This document shows, piece by piece, positions 1 to 9,920 of a stretch of 64,000 bases of DNA. The stretch is taken from contig JAJCZO010000416.1 in NCBI GenBank assembly GCA_029262355.1, positions 74,973 to 138,972 of the forward strand, read 5' to 3'. The notes under the pieces were generated by a model, which was given only the letters and a program-made list of their open reading frames with translations, ran no database searches and had not been told where the DNA came from. Numbering within the stretch: position 1 is the stretch's first letter; each line of letters starts with the position of its first letter. The DNA is from Deltaproteobacteria bacterium. GTDB taxonomy: Bacteria; Desulfobacterota; Binatia; UBA12015. The position numbers and the translations under genes were made by a program.

Positions 1-981
1 GGGGAACGCCTCGTCGACAAGGTCATCAAGGCGCTGCGCAAGATTCGTGGGGCCTATTCGATGGTCTTCCTGTCGAAGGACCAACTGATCGCCGCGCGTG
101 ATCCGATGGGCTTTCGACCGCTCGTTCTGGGGCGGGTGAAGGATGCGTGGGTCGTCGTGTCCGAGACGTGCGCGCTGGACCTGATGAATGCGGAATACGT
201 ACGCGAGGTCGAGCCCGGTGAGGTGCTCGTGATCTCGGAGGACGGGCTCGAGAGCCTAAAGCCGTTCCCCGAAGCGCCGCACCGGCAGTGCGTCTTCGAG
301 TACGTGTACTTCGCGCGCCCGGACAGCCGGGTCTTCGGTCGAACCGTGTACTCCGTGCGTCATGAGCTGGGCCGGCAACTTGCCCGCGAAAGCCACGTGG
401 AGGCCGATCTGGTGACCCCGGTTCCCGATTCCGGTGTTCCGGCGGCGCTCGGCTATGCCGAAGAAGCAGGTATTCCCTATCAGCTGGGACTCATCCGCAA
501 TCACTACGTCGGCCGGACGTTCATCGAACCGACGGACTCGATCAGACACTTTGGCGTGCGCGTCAAACTCAACGCCATGCCGGAACTCATGAAGGGCAAG
601 AGAGTGGTCGTGGTGGACGACTCCCTCATACGCGGCACGACGAGCCAGAAGATCGTCGCAATGCTGCGCGGCGCAGGAGCGTCGGAGGTCCACATGCGGA
701 TCTGCTCTCCGCCGACGATCTCGCCGTGTTACTACGGCATCGATACTCCGACGCGCGAAGAGCTCGTTGGGTCGTCCCACTCGATCGAGCAGATCCGCGA
801 GTTCATCGGAGCCGACTCGCTGGCCTACCTGACCGAGCAGGGCCTCTACGCCTTTCAGCCGCCAGATGAGGATCGGAACTTCTGCGACGCCTGCTTTACC
901 GCCCGGTACCCGATCCCGGTGACGGAAGCACCGGAGCCGCGCCAGCTTCACCTGTTCGACGCGTCCCAAGCGAAGGTCTGA
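1..981 (+). CDS. purF: amidophosphoribosyltransferase, C-terminal part (5' end lies upstream of the window)
   Basis: Reading frame is open from nt 1 in frame with the ORF at 61..981. PRTase motif region ([17 protein letters not shown]) and conserved PurF C-terminus ([14 protein letters not shown]). Confidence 0.9.
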   Translation, partial: GERLVDKVIKALRKIRGAYSMVFLSKDQLIAARDPMGFRPLVLGRVKDAWVVVSETCALDLMNAEYVREVEPGEVLVISEDGLESLKPFPEAPHRQCVFEYVYFARPDSRVFGRTVYSVRHELGRQLARESHVEADLVTPVPDSGVPAALGYAEEAGIPYQLGLIRNHYVGRTFIEPTDSIRHFGVRVKLNAMPELMKGKRVVVVDDSLIRGTTSQKIVAMLRGAGASEVHMRICSPPTISPCYYGIDTPTREELVGSSHSIEQIREFIGADSLAYLTEQGLYAFQPPDEDRNFCDACFTARYPIPVTEAPEPRQLHLFDASQAKV

Positions 982-990
982 CCGGCCGAC

Positions 991-2616
991 TCAGGCGGGC
1001 ACGGGCCGGTGGGTCGACGGATCTCGGACGAGCACGGTGTCGCGCTGCCAGCGATCGCTCGGCTCGGGGCAGTCGACGTTGAAGTGCAGCCCGCGGCTCT
1101 CGCGGCGGTGGCTCGCCGACGCGATGATCACGTCGGCGACCGTCGCGAGGTTGCGTAGTTCGATGAGGTCGGCCGTCGGCAGGAAGTCCCAGTAGTCGCG
1201 CTCGATTTCCTCGAGGATCACGTCCATCCGTCCACGGGCGCGCCCGAGGCGGCGATCGCTCCGCACGATGCCCACGTAGTTCCACATGAGCCGCCGGATC
1301 TCGTCCCACTTCTGCGTGATCAGCACGGCCTCGTCGCTCGTACGCGCGCGACCAGGGTTCCAATCCGGGATGCCCTTGGGCACGGGCGCCACCTCGGCGA
1401 GGCGGCTCGCGGCGTCCTCAGCGGCTCGTCGCCCGAAGACCAACCCCTCGAGCAGGGAGTTCGAGGCGAGGCGGTTCGCGCCGTGGAGGCCCGTCATCGC
1501 CACCTCGCCCGCGGCGTACAGCCCGGGGAGCGGTGTTCGCCCGGACTCGTCGGTGCCGACGCCCCCGCAGGTGTAGTGCGCGGCGGGAACCACCGGGATG
1601 GGTTCCTCGAGTGGGTCGATCCCGAAGGCCCGGCACCGCGCGAGGATGGTCGGGAACCGCTTCTCGAGGAACACGGGGTCGCAGTGCGTGACGTCGAGGA
1701 ACACGTTGTCGAAACCGTGCAGCTTCATCTCTTGATCGATTGCACGAGCCACCACGTCCCGCGGGGCGAGCTCCGCCCGCTCGTCGTACTCGGGCATGAA
1801 TCGGGATCCGTCGGGTCGAACGAGCGTGCCTCCTTCGCCGCGGACGGTCTCGCTCACGAGGAACGACTTGGCCTTGGGGTGATAGAGGCAGGTGGGGTGA
1901 AACTGGATGAACTCCATGTTCGCGATGGGAACACCGGCCCGAAACGCCATGGCCACACCGTCGCCGCTCGCGACGTCCGGATTGCTCGTATAGAGGTAGA
2001 CTTTCCCGGCTCCACCGGTGGCCAAGAGAGTCGAGCGCGCGGCGCATACGGTGAGGCGCTCCGAGTCGACGTCGAGCAGGTACGCCCCCCAGCAGCGTTC
2101 GGGACCGGGTAGATCGAATTTGGAGCTCGCGATCAGGTCTACTGCGATGTGTCTCTCGAGCACCCGGATCTTGGGATGGGCGGTCACAGCCTCGACCAGA
2201 GCGCGCATCATCTCCCGGCCGGTCGCGTCCAGGGCATGCAGAATGCGGCGCTTGGAGTGTCCGCCCTCGAGGCCCAGATCGACGTCGTAAGCGTCTTCGG
2301 CGTCGGGGCGTAGTGAGAACCGGGTGCCACGCGCGATCATCTCGCGGACCCGCTCTGGGCCCTCCCGGATCACCAGATCGACGATCTCGCGGTGGCACAG
2401 CCCGGCGCCTGCTCGCTCCGTGTCGGCCGCATGGGAGGCGAAGGAGTCGTCCGGGCTCCACACGGTCGCGACGCCGCCCTGGGCGTACTGGCTCGACCCT
2501 TCGGGAAGCCGGTCCTTCGTGACCACGCAGACGGTGCCTGCCTTGGCGGCCTCGAGGGCGAAGGAGAGCCCGGCGATGCCGCTGCCGATCACCAGGAAGT
2601 CGAAGTCACGCCGCAT
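991..2616 (-). CDS. nadB: L-aspartate oxidase
   Basis: 541 aa. N-terminal FAD-binding GxGxxG (DFLVIGSGIAGLSFALEAA). Overall similarity to NadB/succinate dehydrogenase flavoprotein family. Convergent with purF. Confidence 0.9.
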   Translation of the reverse strand: MRRDFDFLVIGSGIAGLSFALEAAKAGTVCVVTKDRLPEGSSQYAQGGVATVWSPDDSFASHAADTERAGAGLCHREIVDLVIREGPERVREMIARGTRFSLRPDAEDAYDVDLGLEGGHSKRRILHALDATGREMMRALVEAVTAHPKIRVLERHIAVDLIASSKFDLPGPERCWGAYLLDVDSERLTVCAARSTLLATGGAGKVYLYTSNPDVASGDGVAMAFRAGVPIANMEFIQFHPTCLYHPKAKSFLVSETVRGEGGTLVRPDGSRFMPEYDERAELAPRDVVARAIDQEMKLHGFDNVFLDVTHCDPVFLEKRFPTILARCRAFGIDPLEEPIPVVPAAHYTCGGVGTDESGRTPLPGLYAAGEVAMTGLHGANRLASNSLLEGLVFGRRAAEDAASRLAEVAPVPKGIPDWNPGRARTSDEAVLITQKWDEIRRLMWNYVGIVRSDRRLGRARGRMDVILEEIERDYWDFLPTADLIELRNLATVADVIIASASHRRESRGLHFNVDCPEPSDRWQRDTVLVRDPSTHRPVPA

Positions 2617-2807
2617 GCGGATTCCCTCCCGGGCGAATCGGCTGGCTCTGCTTGTGCAGCGGTCTCACGATCCATGGGCAGGGTACGGCTGGATCCGCCG
2701 CCCCCGCAAGCGCCGGCCCCTCGAAGCGCAACCCATCTGGATTTGACACGGCGCGCCCGGCAGTGTGGTCTACGGGAGGGGATGCGGGGATGGTTGGGGG
2801 ACGTTTC

Positions 2808-3473
2808 ATGAGATTGCAGCCTGTGGGCGCCTGGATCGCCGTACTCGCGATCTGTGCGGGAGTCGCCCTGGAGGCGGGCCCTGCCCGGGCCGAGGACGTG
2901 TTCACGTACAAGTCGCCGAACGGCGTTCGGCACTTCACGAACGTGCCCACGACCCGGAAGTTCAAGTCGTTCTCGGCGCCGTCTCAGCGACTGACGCTGC
3001 TGAGCGTGAAGCCGTCTCAGCCGGCCGCCTCGCGCTGGTCGTCGCTGCGGGTCGGGAAAGACCTGCGAGAGATGATCGCCAAGACCGCCTATCGCTTCGA
3101 CCTCGAGCCGGCCTTGGTCCATGCGGTCGTTCGGGCGGAATCAGGCTTCAACCCCCGCGCGGTGTCGCGCGCCGGGGCGCGAGGGCTGATGCAGCTCATG
3201 CCCGAGACCGCGATAGAGGTGGGGGTGCGCGACGTCTTCCACCCACAGGACAACCTCGACGGAGGCGTGTCCTACCTGCGGGGCCTACTCGATCGGTACT
3301 CGGGCGATGTGCACCTCGCGTTGGCGGCCTACAATGCCGGCCCCGGCGCAGTCGACTCGCACGGTGGTGTACCGCCGTACGCCGAGACCAAGGAATACCT
3401 CCGGCGCGTGTTCCGTTTCCGCCAGGAGTACCTGCACGACGCGTTGCGTGAACCCGGCGGGCTCCGTCGGTGA
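2808..3473 (+). CDS. lytic transglycosylase, SLT domain with N-terminal DUF4124-like region, secreted
   Basis: Signal-peptide-like N-terminus (MRLQPVGAWIAVLAICAGVALEA). DUF4124-like motif (YKSPNGVRHFTN). SLT catalytic region (AVVRAESGFNPRAVSRAGARGLMQLMP ... AYNAGPGAV). ATG at 2808 is preceded by GGGGGA and chosen over the upstream alternative start at 2652. Confidence 0.75.
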   Translation: MRLQPVGAWIAVLAICAGVALEAGPARAEDVFTYKSPNGVRHFTNVPTTRKFKSFSAPSQRLTLLSVKPSQPAASRWSSLRVGKDLREMIAKTAYRFDLEPALVHAVVRAESGFNPRAVSRAGARGLMQLMPETAIEVGVRDVFHPQDNLDGGVSYLRGLLDRYSGDVHLALAAYNAGPGAVDSHGGVPPYAETKEYLRRVFRFRQEYLHDALREPGGLRR

Positions 3474-4120
3474 ACCCATCGACGTCGCCGCGCCGGTCCC
3501 GTCTTCTGACCGCGCCGAACGTCATCTCGCTCAGCCGGGTGGCGATCACGCCGCTCTTGATCTGGCTCCTGTTGTACCCTGGGCGCTCGGCATCCGCTCT
3601 CGCCGCGCTGGCCTTCTTCATCGCGTGTCTGAGTGACTGGCTCGATGGCTACCTGGCGCGTAGATCCGGCCAGGTCACGAACCTCGGCACGTTCCTCGAT
3701 CCGCTTGCCGACAAGATCTTGATCCTGAGTGCCCTGATCATGCTGTGCGCCCTGTCGAGGGAGCCGCGTGTTCCGGCGTGGATCGTCGCCGTGATCGCGT
3801 CGCGAGAGGTGGCCGTCACGGGCCTGCGTGCGATCGCGCGGGACGAGGGGATCGTCTTGGGAGCCGAGACGCTCGGCAAGGCCAAGATGACCTTCGAGAT
3901 CGTTGCCGTCTTTCCGCTGCTGGTGCACTACCAGTACTGGCTGATCGACTTTCACGCAGCGGGAATCGTGTTTCTCTGGGTCGCCCTCGCACTCGCTCTG
4001 TGGTCGGGCGTGGCCTATCACTGGCGTCTCGCGCAGGCGCTGCGAGCCCGGGACAACGGCGCCTTGCGTGCCGCCATCGATGGCGGTACGGTTTTGCCCG
4101 GGCACGTGAGTGATAGCTAG
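3470..4120 (+). CDS. pgsA: CDP-diacylglycerol--glycerol-3-phosphate 3-phosphatidyltransferase
   Basis: CDP-alcohol phosphatidyltransferase signature (DWLDGYLARR ... GTFLDPLADK) and multiple TM segments. 4-nt overlap with the upstream CDS. Confidence 0.85.
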   Translation: MNPSTSPRRSRLLTAPNVISLSRVAITPLLIWLLLYPGRSASALAALAFFIACLSDWLDGYLARRSGQVTNLGTFLDPLADKILILSALIMLCALSREPRVPAWIVAVIASREVAVTGLRAIARDEGIVLGAETLGKAKMTFEIVAVFPLLVHYQYWLIDFHAAGIVFLWVALALALWSGVAYHWRLAQALRARDNGALRAAIDGGTVLPGHVSDS

Positions 4121-4189
4121 GTCCCGCGCAAGAGGGGGTCGCGAACCCCGCCAGGCCCGGAAGGGAGCAACGGTACCGAATTTTCCTCT

Positions 4190-6085
4190 GTGCCGCGGGG
4201 GTGCCTAGCTATCGCTGACGTGCTCGATCCGTCGAAGCCCTCACCCAAGGGGGCAGCCGACTTCTACGAAGTCCTCGCGCGACGAGCGCGTCCGCAGACC
4301 TTTTCGGAGGTCATTGGACAGGAGCATGTCACCCGAACGCTGGTGAACGCGATCTCCTCGGGCCGCCTCGCGCACGCCTTCGTCTTCAGCGGAATGCGCG
4401 GGGTCGGCAAGACGACGACGGCCCGAATTCTCGCGAAGGCGCTGAACTGCGAAAAGGGTCCCACTCCGGAGCCGTGCAACACCTGCCCGAGCTGCGTCGA
4501 GATCGCCGAGGGGCGCTCGATGGACGTTCTCGAAGTCGACGCGGCCTCTCAGACCGGGATCGATGCGACGCGCGAGTTGCTCGAGACGGTGAAGTACCAA
4601 CCTGCCTCCGCGCGTTATCGTATCTACATCATCGATGAGGCTCACGGGCTGTCGAAGCAAGCCGTCGATGCGTTCCTGAAAACTCTCGAAGAGCCGCCCG
4701 CACACGCGAAGTTCATCCTCGCGACGACGGCGCCGCAGAAACTGACCGCGACGATCCTGTCGCGCTGCCAACGATTCGATTTTCGCGCCGTCCCGGGTGA
4801 CACTATCGTCGAGACTCTCGTCGCGATGGTTCGCGGCGAGGGGATGGAGGCGGACCCCGACGCGCTCGCGGCAATCGCGCGCGAATCGGGCGGCAGCCTG
4901 CGCGACGCGACGTCGTTGCTCGACCAGGTGCTCGCGTTCTCCAACGGCCGCATCGACGCGGGCGCGGTTGGGCTTGCGCTCGGACTCCCCGATGTCGCCG
5001 CCGTTCGCGGAGTCATGGACGCGATCGTGGCACACGACCCAGCCCGTGCGCTGGAGGTAGTGGGGCGCGTGGTGGGGCAGGGCACCGACCTCGCTCGCTT
5101 CGCTCAAGACCTGCTGCAGCGAATCCGGAACCTGACCGTTCTCGTCGTCGCGGGGCCGAGCGCCCTTGCGGACTTGACTCGACACGAGATCGAGGAGCTC
5201 AGCCAGGCCCGCGATGGGCTCGCCACCGAGGACCTCCAGCGCTGGTTTCGGATTCTGATGGGCGGCTCCGAGGAGGTGGCGCGCTCGTCCAAGCCACGCC
5301 TCGTTCTCGAGATGGCGGTCCTTCGGATGGCGACGATGACCCCGTTGGTGCCACTGGACCAATTGGTCGCGCGGCTGGAGTCATTGGAACGAGGCTCCCG
5401 AGGGGGCTCGGGGCCCGGTGGCCAACCCCGACCCGGGACCCGCCCGGCCCCGACCCGGGCCGCCGCTTCCCCCGGACCCAGAGCGACGGAGCCCGAGGCT
5501 TCTCCTACCCGGTCCGCCCGGCCCGCGAGCGATCCGGCATCGGCGCCACCGAGGTCTCCGTCGCTCGAGAGAGTGCCCGAGGCGCGGCCGACCGCCGTGC
5601 CTGCTGCGACGTCCGCCCATCCGACGGCGGCCGAACCGCCCTGTACGCCGAAAGCGGCTCCCACGACCGCATCGGCCGCGTTGAAGCCCCTGGAGGATCC
5701 GGTCGTCCAGAAGCGCTGGCAAACCATCGTCGGGAACCTCCAGACGCAGCAGACGGCACGCTTCTTCCGTCTGGCATACAGCAGGGTCGTGGGTTTCGGT
5801 GACGGAGTGATCAAGATCTCCGTGACCGGCAAGAACGCTCTGCCGGAGCTCGAGAAGCCCGACACCAGGCGGATGATCGAGGAAGCCCTGGCCAACGAAT
5901 ACGGCGAGAGTCTGCGCTTCGAAGCCGTGTCGGCCGACGGGGCCACTCCGGGAGGCGCCGCCCGTGCCGAGACGGTCAGCCTGGAGCGTCAGGGGCGAGA
6001 AGATCCGCTGGTTCGGGCTAGTGTCGAGGTACTCCAGGGCCGCGTGGAGGGCGTTGTTGCGCGGAGCCGGCGCGAAGGTCCGTAG
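4190..6085 (+). CDS. dnaX: DNA polymerase III subunit gamma/tau
   Basis: Walker A (GMRGVGKTTTARILAKALNC), zinc-binding CxxC motifs (CNTCPSCVEI), sensor/box motifs (YIIDEAHGLS, SRCQRF). Pro/Ala/Ser-rich linker and tau-type C-terminal domain. GTG start at 4190; exact start is uncertain. Confidence 0.9.
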   Translation: MPRGCLAIADVLDPSKPSPKGAADFYEVLARRARPQTFSEVIGQEHVTRTLVNAISSGRLAHAFVFSGMRGVGKTTTARILAKALNCEKGPTPEPCNTCPSCVEIAEGRSMDVLEVDAASQTGIDATRELLETVKYQPASARYRIYIIDEAHGLSKQAVDAFLKTLEEPPAHAKFILATTAPQKLTATILSRCQRFDFRAVPGDTIVETLVAMVRGEGMEADPDALAAIARESGGSLRDATSLLDQVLAFSNGRIDAGAVGLALGLPDVAAVRGVMDAIVAHDPARALEVVGRVVGQGTDLARFAQDLLQRIRNLTVLVVAGPSALADLTRHEIEELSQARDGLATEDLQRWFRILMGGSEEVARSSKPRLVLEMAVLRMATMTPLVPLDQLVARLESLERGSRGGSGPGGQPRPGTRPAPTRAAASPGPRATEPEASPTRSARPASDPASAPPRSPSLERVPEARPTAVPAATSAHPTAAEPPCTPKAAPTTASAALKPLEDPVVQKRWQTIVGNLQTQQTARFFRLAYSRVVGFGDGVIKISVTGKNALPELEKPDTRRMIEEALANEYGESLRFEAVSADGATPGGAARAETVSLERQGREDPLVRASVEVLQGRVEGVVARSRREGP

Positions 6086-6133
6086 GACCGCCTGCGTGGG
6101 AGGATTCCCTCTCGGACTGCTAGGTTGCGAGCC

Positions 6134-6463
6134 ATGGCGAAGCCGTTCGATCTGGGAGACCTCGGGAACATCATGGAGCAGGCAAAGGCGATGCAGGACC
6201 GCATCGCCGACTTGCAGGCCGACGTCGGCGGCAAAACGGTCGAAGCCTCGGCGGGGGGCGGCATGGTCACCGCGACGGTCAACGGCAAGCTCGAGGTCGT
6301 TTCGATCTCCATCGAGCCCGACGTGATCAACGACGGCGATCGCGAGATGCTCCAGGATCTGGTCGCCGCTGCCGTGAACGAGGCCATTCGCAAGGCGCAG
6401 GCACTGATGACCGAGGAGATGTCGCGCCTCACCGGGGGTCTGAAGATCCCCGGGCTCGGCTGA
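6134..6463 (+). CDS. ybaB: YbaB/EbfC family nucleoid-associated protein
   Basis: About 110 aa. Conserved YbaB motifs (MMEQAKAMQDRIADLQ ... GGGMVTATVNGKLEV). Canonical position between dnaX and recR. ATG at 6134 preferred over the TTG at 6125. Confidence 0.85.
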   Translation: MAKPFDLGDLGNIMEQAKAMQDRIADLQADVGGKTVEASAGGGMVTATVNGKLEVVSISIEPDVINDGDREMLQDLVAAAVNEAIRKAQALMTEEMSRLTGGLKIPGLG

Positions 6464-6469
6464 CGCAGG

Positions 6470-7072
6470 ATGGCGCTCGGGCTCACTCCCTCGATGGAGA
6501 GACTCGTCGAGGAGCTCAAGCGGTTTCCCGGAGTCGGCGAGAAGACCGCTCTGCGGTTCGCGTTCTTCGTCTTGCGCTCGGATCACGCGTTCGCGGCGAA
6601 TCTCGCGCACGCGCTTCTCGGCGTAAAGGAACAGAGCCGCTTCTGCTCTGGGTGCTTCGGTCTCACGGAACAGGACCCGTGCCCGATCTGTTGTGACCCC
6701 CGTCGCCGAAGCGATGAGATTTGCGTCGTCGAAGAGGCCGCAGACATGATGGCCTTCGAACGCGCACAGGAGTACCGCGGTCGCTATCACGTGCTCGGCG
6801 GCGCGCTGGCGCCCCTCGACGGCGTCGGCCCCGACGACCTGCGGTGCAACGAGCTCGTCGCGCGAGCCAAGGAGGGTGACGTCCGAGAGATCATCGTGGC
6901 GACGAACCCCAGCGCCGAGGGGGAGGCAACGGCCCACTACCTGGCACGCCTCCTGAAGCCGCTGGGCGTGCGGGTGACGCGTATCGCGCGTGGCCTGCCG
7001 ATGGGCGGCGATCTCGAATACGCCGACATCGTGACGCTCGCCCAGTCTCTGGAGGGACGCCGCGAGATGTGA
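6470..7072 (+). CDS. recR: recombination protein RecR
   Basis: HhH motif (LKRFPGVGEKTALRFAF), C4 zinc finger (CSGC...CPICCD), Toprim domain (EICVVEEAADMMAFE). 200 aa. Confidence 0.9.
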   Translation: MALGLTPSMERLVEELKRFPGVGEKTALRFAFFVLRSDHAFAANLAHALLGVKEQSRFCSGCFGLTEQDPCPICCDPRRRSDEICVVEEAADMMAFERAQEYRGRYHVLGGALAPLDGVGPDDLRCNELVARAKEGDVREIIVATNPSAEGEATAHYLARLLKPLGVRVTRIARGLPMGGDLEYADIVTLAQSLEGRREM

Positions 7073-7154
7073 CGGACGGGGCACCTCGATCTGCCAATGG
7101 TTGTGACCGGGTAGGGGGAGTGCTAGTGAATCGTCGCTTCTCCGTACGATTTTC

Positions 7155-8144
7155 ATGGCAGAACCACAGACGAAGAACCCAGGCGGCGCAGGGTCGGCCG
7201 GCGCCAAAGGCACCACGCGCCCGCAGCTGAGCTTCCGCACGCTCCTCCCCGATGATCTCGAGATCGATTTCGTGGGGAAGAGGAAGTTCTTCCTGATCGT
7301 GTCGACCATCCTGAACATCCTGGCGATCGTGCTGTTCTTCGTTCGGCCGTTGAACTACGGCGTGGATTTCACAGGTGGAACCGCCATCCGCTTGCGTTTC
7401 GAGCAGGCCACGACCGCTGCGGATCTCCGGGGCGAGTTGGGTGAGCTCAAGCTTCGCGATTTGACGGTTCAGGACTTCGGCGAGCAGGGCCGCGAGTTCC
7501 TGCTGCGCTTCGAGATCCAAGAGGGTCACGAGATGAGTTCGATCTCGGACACCCTGTCGACCCTGCTTGCCGCCAACAGAGGCGGCGAGCAGAGCTTCGA
7601 CATCCTCAGTATCGACAGCGTCGGTCCTAAGGTCGGTGCGAATCTGCGCCAGCAGGGTTTCCTCGCCGTTCTCTTCGCAACGATCTTCATGGGGATCTAC
7701 ATCACCTTCCGGTTCGAGCCGAGCTTCGGTCTGGGTGCGGTGGTGGCGCTCGTGCACGACGTGCTCATCACCGCCGGCGCTCTCATGCTCACGCAGCAGA
7801 GCTTCGACCTCACGACCCTCGCGGCGCTGCTGACGGTGATCGGGTTCTCGGTTCACGATACGATCATCGTGTCCGACCGCGTGCGCGAGAATCTGCGCCG
7901 CAATCCGAAGTCTCCTCTTGCCACGGTGATCAACCGCAGCATCAACGAGACCTTGTCTCGGACGCTGCTCACCACCGGTACGGCGCTGTTCGTGTTGTTC
8001 GCGCTGTACTTCCTCGGCGGCAAGGGGCTCGAGCCGTTCGCTCTTACCCTCGTGGTCGGGTTCATCACCGGAACGTACTCGTCGATCTACATTGCGGCGC
8101 CGGTCGTTTTGTTCTGGTCGAACCGCTCGCGCCTGGCCAGCTGA
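7155..8144 (+). CDS. secF: protein translocase subunit SecF (no adjacent secD)
   Basis: 329 aa, about 6 TM segments. Conserved SecF N-terminal motif (NYGVDFTGGTAIRLRFE) and C-terminal membrane domain. Upstream neighbour is recR, not secD. Confidence 0.85.
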   Translation: MAEPQTKNPGGAGSAGAKGTTRPQLSFRTLLPDDLEIDFVGKRKFFLIVSTILNILAIVLFFVRPLNYGVDFTGGTAIRLRFEQATTAADLRGELGELKLRDLTVQDFGEQGREFLLRFEIQEGHEMSSISDTLSTLLAANRGGEQSFDILSIDSVGPKVGANLRQQGFLAVLFATIFMGIYITFRFEPSFGLGAVVALVHDVLITAGALMLTQQSFDLTTLAALLTVIGFSVHDTIIVSDRVRENLRRNPKSPLATVINRSINETLSRTLLTTGTALFVLFALYFLGGKGLEPFALTLVVGFITGTYSSIYIAAPVVLFWSNRSRLAS

Positions 8145-8161
8145 GCTGCTCCGCCGTCTCG

Positions 8162-8596
8162 TCAATCGCTGACGGCAAGGCCTTCCAGAGCGCTGGAACA
8201 TGCCTGTGGCAGGCGATGCTCCCGGGCGCCGCGCACCATTCGCTCCCGATACGCCCGTAGAGGGAGAAGTGTCTGTGACGTCAGGTCGGACACGTAGACT
8301 TCGCACACCTCGATGGCGCCGCCGGTCGTTTCGACCGCAAGACTCTCGCGCCAGTAGCCGCCCTCGAATCGGTCGAGTTCGACGAGGTCGGCAGCTGAGA
8401 TCTCGAACAGGACGCCCCAGACCGCGGCCTCGTCGGCTCGCTCCACATTGGCCTTGGCCGAGCCGTCCCTTCCGACCTTGTTGCAGGTGAAGCGGTAGCC
8501 TCGGAGCCTTCCCGGTCCGTGAGCACGGGCCTTGGGGGCCCGGCGGGCCATCTGAGTCGAATCCATGTTCGATCCGTAGGCGAAGTAGAGCGGCAT
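8162..8596 (-). CDS. gamma-glutamylcyclotransferase (AIG2/GGCT-like) family protein
   Basis: N-terminal YGSNM motif (MPLYFAYGSNMDSTQM) and a conserved Glu-containing core typical of the GGCT/AIG2 fold. 144 aa. Confidence 0.75.
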   Translation of the reverse strand: MPLYFAYGSNMDSTQMARRAPKARAHGPGRLRGYRFTCNKVGRDGSAKANVERADEAAVWGVLFEISAADLVELDRFEGGYWRESLAVETTGGAIEVCEVYVSDLTSQTLLPLRAYRERMVRGAREHRLPQACSSALEGLAVSD

Positions 8597-8735
8597 TCTG
8601 AGCCCTGCCTACGCCGGGGGCGCCCGCCGCGCCAGCCGATTGCTTCGCGACAGCGCTGCGGGCATCCTAGCGCGACCACTCGGGCCCTTGCGGGGGCGAG
8701 TGGAGTGCGTGGGTGCGGGCAACGAGGAGGATGGG

Positions 8736-9920
8736 GTGAGGAAACCCGAGCGGCACGAGCCGCGATCGAGCATCGCAGTAGGCGCGGTCCTGAGTCTCGG
8801 AGCGGTCTTCTCTGTCCTGGCGTGCGGTCGTCCCGAGCTCCCGAAGCCTCCGACACCAGAGGTCCTCACGGTCACGGCGTCGACGGAGGACGTGCCGATC
8901 TACGGAGAATGGGTAGGCACGACCGAGGGTTTCGTCAACGCCCAGATCCGCTCCAAGGTACAGGGCTACCTGCTCCAGCAGATCTATCGCAACGGCGCCG
9001 AAGTCCGGAAGGGCGATCTCATGTTCGAGATCGACCCCCGTCAGTTTCAGGCGCAGCTCGAGAGCGCACAGGGAGACTTCGGGCGCGCCCAAGCGGCGCT
9101 CGGCCGAAGCGCCCAGGACGTCGCCCGCTACGGTCCGCTGTCGAAGCAGGGTGCGGTCAGCCAGAAGGAGTACGACGATGCGATTCAATCCGAGCGGGCG
9201 AACCGCGCTTCGGTAGAGTCGGCGCAGGCGTCCGTCGATCAGGCCAAGCTGAATCTCGGCTGGACACACATCACGTCGCCCATCGATGGCATCGCAGGCA
9301 TCGCCGTCGCGCAGATCGGCGACCTCGTCAGCTCCGTGACGGTGCTGACGACCGTGTCGACGATCGACCCGATGAAGGTCAGCTTCCCGATCAGCGAGCA
9401 GCAGTACCTCGAGTATCGGAGGAGCCAGATTCGTCGTCAGACGACCGGCGACGGAGAGACCCAGCTGACCCTGGCCGACGGCTCGATTTATCCCGAGCCG
9501 GGCAAGTTCTACGCGCTCGGCCGCGACGTGAATCCGGAGACGGGCACGATCACCGTCGAGGCGACCTTCCCGAACGCGAAGGGCCTTCTTCGGCCCGGCC
9601 AGTACTCCCGCGTTCGTGCTCAGATCGACGTTCGCGACGACGCCACCGTCATCCCCCAGCGCGCACTCACCGATCTTCAGGGGCAGTATCAGGTCGCGGT
9701 CGTCGGAAAGGACGACGTGATCGAGATGCGCAACGTCGAAGTCGGACCCACCTACGGCAGCGTCTGGGTCATCGAAAAGGGACTAAAGCCCGGCGAGACG
9801 GTCGTGGTGGAGGGGCTGCAGGGCGTCCGCAGTGGCGTAAAGGTCATCGCGAAGCCGGCACCCACGGCGACGCCGGCGCCGGTAGCGACACCCGGCGCGG
9901 GTCCGTCTGGAAGTCAGTAG
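8736..9920 (+). CDS. efflux RND transporter periplasmic adaptor subunit (membrane fusion protein), lipoprotein
   Basis: Lipobox (VLACG) after a hydrophobic signal segment. HlyD/AcrA-family architecture: coiled-coil hairpin region, lipoyl and beta-barrel motifs. Stop abuts the RND pump start. GTG at 8736 with GGAGG upstream; a start further upstream (ORF begins at 8640) is possible. Confidence 0.8.
   Translation: MRKPERHEPRSSIAVGAVLSLGAVFSVLACGRPELPKPPTPEVLTVTASTEDVPIYGEWVGTTEGFVNAQIRSKVQGYLLQQIYRNGAEVRKGDLMFEIDPRQFQAQLESAQGDFGRAQAALGRSAQDVARYGPLSKQGAVSQKEYDDAIQSERANRASVESAQASVDQAKLNLGWTHITSPIDGIAGIAVAQIGDLVSSVTVLTTVSTIDPMKVSFPISEQQYLEYRRSQIRRQTTGDGETQLTLADGSIYPEPGKFYALGRDVNPETGTITVEATFPNAKGLLRPGQYSRVRAQIDVRDDATVIPQRALTDLQGQYQVAVVGKDDVIEMRNVEVGPTYGSVWVIEKGLKPGETVVVEGLQGVRSGVKVIAKPAPTATPAPVATPGAGPSGSQ

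Noticed and set aside
1418-2461. 347-aa ORF on the minus strand in a different frame within the nadB region, plus several plus-strand ORFs (1483..2112, 2324..2746, 2392..2811)
   Set aside because: They overlap the well-supported nadB gene. Their translations are extremely Arg/Pro/Gly-rich with no motifs, typical of spurious frames in high-GC DNA.
4190-6085. Programmed ribosomal frameshift site in dnaX (gamma/tau production)
   Set aside because: I looked for an A-AAA-AAG-type slippery heptamer followed by a stem-loop in the linker region and did not see one in my reading. Many high-GC bacteria make only tau, so no claim is made.
5381-7318. 645-aa minus-strand ORF antisense to dnaX, ybaB and recR
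   Set aside because: Antisense to three conserved genes. Low-complexity Arg/Gly-rich translation. No homology signal.
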